Shown: in pieces, positions 59,061-64,000 of the stretch
Layout: every line of letters starts with the position of its first letter
How positions within the stretch are numbered: position 1 is the stretch's first letter
DNA from: Schizochytrium sp. TIO01
Taxonomy: Eukaryota > Protista > Bigyra: Labyrinthulomycetes
Direction: 5' to 3'
Assembly (NCBI GenBank): GCA_004764695.1
Contig: SMSO01000008.1
Coordinates: forward strand, 868,001-932,000
Length of the DNA stretch: 64,000 bases
Translations under genes and position numbers: made by a program
The notes under the pieces: generated by a model
What the model saw: only the letters and a program-made list of their open reading frames with translations
Databases searched by the model: none
What the model was told of the DNA's origin: nothing

Positions 59061-61730
59061 CATTCTCTGTCTTTTTTTAGTTTTATCACAAACCGCCATC
59101 GCAGGAAAGCCGCGTCTCGGCTGAATCTTCGTGAAACAGCTCCTCACCCAGGAGAAGACATCGGGCATGCGTCCCCTGCTTGGCGCACCTTCACACCCTA
59201 TGAAGAGACATTCAGTGCTGTCAGGAGCACTGTTTGAGCCTTCGATCGTTGAGAGAAGAGGTCTTTCCTATTCGGCGCTATTCTTTCTTTTGCTTGAAGG
59301 GGTGCGTAAGCGGACTTCCGGATGAGTTGATGTTCTGATACGCTTTTACTGAAAAAATTTTATAGAAAAGAAAACAACTTTAAGCTCCAATCAAAAGTTG
59401 AGAGTATGATTATCCCTCCTTGCTCTCTTCACACGTCCGAAGATGCAGCGGCGCGCGCTTAAAGAGGCCTATTCCGGTATTTTAGAGACCTAAGCGCGAC
59501 ATGGGTTCAGGAGGGGTGTTTGTTACAGCCGCAGCGCCTCCATGGCGAGGAGTTGTGTCGAAAAAGGGTCCCTGGAGCACGCGCGGGTGCGGACAGGCGT
59601 CCAGGACTCGCCGCCGCGTGAAGGTGGATTCGAAAAGAAAGCGCCTGCCTTCTGCGGGACTTGTCCTCGCGGAATGAATCGATCAACGAGGCGCGAAGCC
59701 GTGGCCCAAAGCTCTGCCAGGCGTGCAACCAGGCGCCGTGAGCTCCCTGCGCTGCTCGCAGCACGTCCCAAAGGACGTCTGTGCCGTTGACGGCTGGTTC
59801 AAGCCTGTGAAAACAGCGGCGAAGGACACGAGGAAATCTTGAAAATATCGTGAATATCGTGGCGATTTTCGCACTATACGCGCTGTGGTGTCTGTCTGTC
59901 TGTCTATTACAGCCATGGAAAGATGAGGGAAACGGGTTCTTTGCAGCGCATGCAATGAATTGAATCGCTGCGGAAATGAAGGAGAAGAGCCTCAGGGAGG
60001 CCTCGTTGGGTTTTTGTTCTGCTCGTAGTACACAGGTATTGGTAGTGGCAGAGCAGTAGTGTCGTTTCCTTTTCAAGTGAGACCTGAAGAAAGAAAGAGC
60101 GTTGTCAGTACTTCACTAATATGAGAAATTTGAAAAAAAGGAGAAGAGAATTGCAAGAAATGGCGATGAAAAGAATTGAAAATGCCATTTCGATCGATTC
60201 AGTTTGTTTTCAACAGTTGAAAGGAAAAAAAATACTGTTTTTTAAATAAATTTAATAAAATGGTAAAGGAAGATAGATAGAGATAAAGAGAGAAAGAAGA
60301 AAGAAAATAATTGCTTCTCAAATCGGCGACTTGTTATGGGTTGCTATGCAATAGGTAGTCATCTCACAATACCTTAGGGGCGCCTGGGAGAGCGCCTGTG
60401 AGCTCGCTCACCCTTGCCTGGGTCCGCTCTATCTATCGTGTTCGCGCTATAAGCTCATACTTCGAGGGGCCAGGATGGACATGGCTCCAGGTTCTTGGAA
60501 CTATGTGGCAGAAGACGGAGACACGGCTGCACTGCTCGAGTTTATTTGGGCTTCTTCGCGTGTTTTTCAGCCAAGCCGCAGCTGCTATTTCGAAATGATC
60601 CCTGCCAATTCAGGCGGGTCGTGCGTGACCCCTTCTTCAGGGTCCATTGGCACCGCTCTCGAATCACCACGCAGATATTTGCCCACCGTTTGGGGTGGAC
60701 ATGGCCTTCCGTAAGCTAAGGGAAGGGTGTAAACCCAGACGGTTTCTGTGCTCTTCCGTCGCCTTCTCATGTTGCGCTTATGAGGTCCCGAGCGCGCTTT
60801 GCGAAGCCAAACTCGAAGCTTCAATTGCTCCCGTGCTGCTACTTAGGCAGTTCGGAGGGCAGATATAGCCATTGCTTAGTCCTAGCTAGCGAGCGTAGGG
60901 TGTGTACCAAGGGAGGTAATACCGTACTACTGTCTGTTTCTTAAGACTCTTAGATAGGCCTCCTAGGTACTGCTACCCTCAGGTAGCTTGATGAGAGATG
61001 AAGCGCTTCTGCTTTTCAGCGAATGCAACTTGGATACCGTCATCGTCATCCTCGACGTGTGTGCGTGTGTCGTTGCTTATTCAGAATACCGAACGACGGC
61101 CGAGCACCCATGTTGGGCGAGACGGCTTTTAGGCCCTTGCACCGGGCACTCGCGACGTTATCATGTTCGCTTATGCTTGTGGTCAGCCAGTCTTGAGAGC
61201 TTGGAGTTGTTCATTCATTTATTCATTTATTTATTCATTTCTGGGATACACTCTTTCACTCAAAGAAAGCCTGCAGTTTTGAGATTGAGCTCTTTCCTCC
61301 CCAGAAAGTGAATCCATTTATTTATGAACTGGCGACCAAATGGTCAAACTCCATGGCAGTCGAAGAAAAGTAGGCCCTTTGCCGGAGCCTTAGGCGTCAA
61401 GCAGGTTTGTTTATGCTCTTCTCGCGGCAAGAGCAGTTTATCTTCCACGCTTAAGAATCTTATTTTTATTCTGGTTATGCTTCCTTCCTCTCCCAAAACT
61501 TCAATCATTATTATCGATTAAACTGCTGATAATATTTTAATTTAAAATAATTTCATTTTAAAAATTAAAGTAAGCACCTCATATCCATTGTACATTGTAC
61601 ATTTGATAAACTGATGATAATATTACAAAAGCTCGAATTAATATATAACCTTCCACTTCCACTTTCATCGCTTTCCTTTTTTCCCTCTCTCTTTTTGCTC
61701 TTTAAAGTTCACGGTGGCGGAAGAAGATGA

Positions 61731-61784
61731 AAGAAAAGAAAAGAAAAGAAAAGAAAAGAAAAGAAAAGAAAAGAAAAGAAAAGA
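61731..61784. repeat. (AAAAG)n microsatellite
   Basis: direct reading. Confidence 0.95.
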
Positions 61785-62617
61785 ATGGAGCGGCGGTCAT
61801 AGTAATAACAGGCATAACAGAAGATATGATATGGCGAAAAGAGAGAGGAAAGAACAAGGAACGAAGGCGGCGATTTCAAAGAAACAACTAAAAGTAAAAA
61901 GAAAGAAAAAAAGTTTCTTTTCGAGGTTCAAGTTTTGTCTGTGAATCGATGAACTAAGAATAAGAGCGCCCTCTTCGTTTCCCCGTGAACCATTTGCCTC
62001 AAGCTCGAGCGGCACCGCAGCGGCATACGCGCGGGCAAGCTCCAGGGCCCGCGCAGTCAGTCCCGCTCCGCCCGCCTCGCCCCGCTCTGCTCTGCCCTGC
62101 CCCGGCCCGCGTGCCTCCCTCGGTGGGAACGAAGCGATCGGCCGATCGATGGCTCTGCGAAGCGAGAAGAAAGAAAGAAAGAAAGCAAGAAAGAATCAGC
62201 TTCAAGTCGCAACCAGCGCTCGCTGCCAAAGAGCCTATGCCCTCGAACGCCAAGCCTGAGGGAGGGAGGGAATCTCGAGGACGCCGTGCTGGCGAGGCCT
62301 TCGAGCTGCTGCTGACCAGGAGGAACCGCCGCCGGACAGCCGACCTTTGAGCTGACTTCGTTGTAAGTAACTTGAAGTAAGTAAGAAGTAAGTAAGAAGT
62401 AAGTAAGGAAGTTCCTTTCCTGCTTAGAATACATGGGCCTAATACTGTACTATATATACATACTCCCATCAGTGTATAGAAACTACTACTGCAGAGTTAG
62501 CTGTTTAGTTAGTTTACTTGCTTAGTTAGGTAGTTGCTCAGGCAGTTAGTTAGTGAGTTAGTGAGTTCTTCCTTTTGAAGAAGTAATGAATAACTTGAAG
62601 CAGATCAGATGTTGTCA

Positions 62618-62653
62618 AAGCAGAGCAAAGCAGAGCAAAGCAGAGCAAAGCAG
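62618..62653. repeat. 10-bp tandem repeat (AAGCAGAGCA)n
   Basis: direct reading. Confidence 0.85.
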
Positions 62654-64000
62654 ATGAGGGTAGATCACATATCTGATCTCGAGTGGCGCATGGATGCTGG
62701 GCGAGGGCCTGGGAAGAGCTGGCCACGAGCCTGTGCAGAGCGCTGCGCGGAAGTGGGTGGAGTAGCGAGGCAGGGTGCGAACGAAGAGGAGGCACTCGAA
62801 CTTACTTGAGGCTTCTGAGGGCTGAGGAGGGAGGATCTTGCTTGAAGGCTTGCAGGAAGCACTGCGAAGCTGCAGCCCGCTCCTCCAAGATCAACGGAGG
62901 GCGCGTTCTATGGTGCGGTCACAAGACAGCGACACGTGCCACGCCGCGACCCGTCATGATGGTGAAACCATTTTCAAAGCCGGCTAGCAACCATAAATGA
63001 GACCAGTTCGAGTTTGAGGCAAAGCTGCTGATTATGTACACATGAATGTGGCAGACATCATAACAGGCAAGTGTGCCAAAGGTGCGATGCCAGGGAGTTG
63101 TGACTTTGGTGGTTCAAGTATTGTGTCCTGGGAATCTGACTGCCAGCAACGACGGTTGTTAATGAGGAGAAGCAGGGAAGTTGTCTCATCGATGCCAATA
63201 CACTAAAAAATTGAGCTTTATCGATATCTTGCATGAAAGACAGCAAAAGCAATGTCGATCAATTAGCAATCAATTCAAAGAAAAGACTTGTGGTAGTCTT
63301 AAATTACAATTCGCTTCGAAGGACAATCGAGCGCAACCAACTGCCAAAGTAAGAGTTTTGCCTTTCTTTGCTCTTGACTTACGGACTTAAGTGGCGATGA
63401 TGATTAGAAATTAAGCATGATGTCTCTTCGAGCGCACCACCACGCCGATTCGTCTCTAATTCGCTCGCTTCGAGGCTTGTTGCCGCAAATCTCAGGATTA
63501 CAAATCTCTACCTGCCCGTGAAAACGTATGAGATCGTCAAAACAATCTTTCTCAATCACCAGATCCAAATTTCATATCCCGGGACCCTAAATCTTATCTT
63601 CACGCGACCCGACCAATGTCTATATGTTTCCAAAGCCGCCGCCAACATCACATTCTGCAAAGTCTTGGTGTCGAAGCAATGATTGAGGTCTGTGTCCTTC
63701 CCTCACTCCTCTACTTTTTAATTAAATAAGTTTTCATTTATTTTTAAAGAATCAATAAACCATTTCTTGTTACTCCAACTAATATATTCCTTGAGCACTG
63801 ACTCTCTTCTTATTTTTGTTTGTTTGTTTGTTTATCTATGAACATTTTTGTTTAAAATGTTTTTGTTTAAAATGTTTTTGTTTAATTCAATTTTCTTTTA
63901 TTTAAATACAGAAACAAAAGTACTTCATGTCAATTGAAAGCCCCTCTTCGAAAACCTTCAAGATGTTCCGTACAGCCATCGCTTTCATCGGTTTTCCCCT

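Noticed and set aside
55267-63390. Many 60-190 aa ORFs
   Set aside because: By-products of GC-rich and microsatellite sequence, overlapping in several frames and without domains

Overview
Eukaryotic, intron-poor, microsatellite-rich DNA, most consistent with a thraustochytrid/labyrinthulomycete stramenopile (Aurantiochytrium-like; this is an inference, not a database result). Ordinary single-exon host genes: a class C GPCR with a glycine-betaine-binding (OpuAC/ProX-type) ectodomain, a CaMKK/SnAK-like kinase, a quinone oxidoreductase, AP-2 mu, HAT1 and a 2322-aa DEK1-like transmembrane calpain. Long non-coding stretches lie at 1-16.3 kb, 18.8-25 kb and 55-64 kb. The standout is a ~13.6-kb gene-dense, foreign-looking island (~29980-43545) between qor and AP2M. 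It carries two tandem-repeat arrays and two type I surface proteins (an astacin protease and a 5'-truncated 4x PAN/apple protein). It also encodes two tandem paralogous small membrane proteins, a degenerate LAGLIDADG-pseudo-dUTPase fusion, a polyQ/WRKY19-like zinc-finger protein, a Crinkler-type PD-(D/E)xK nuclease-kinase and an orphan ORF. It looks like an integrated large-DNA-virus fragment or an unknown cargo element. No capsid, polymerase, integrase or target-site duplication was seen, and no tRNA, rRNA or CRISPR array was recognised.
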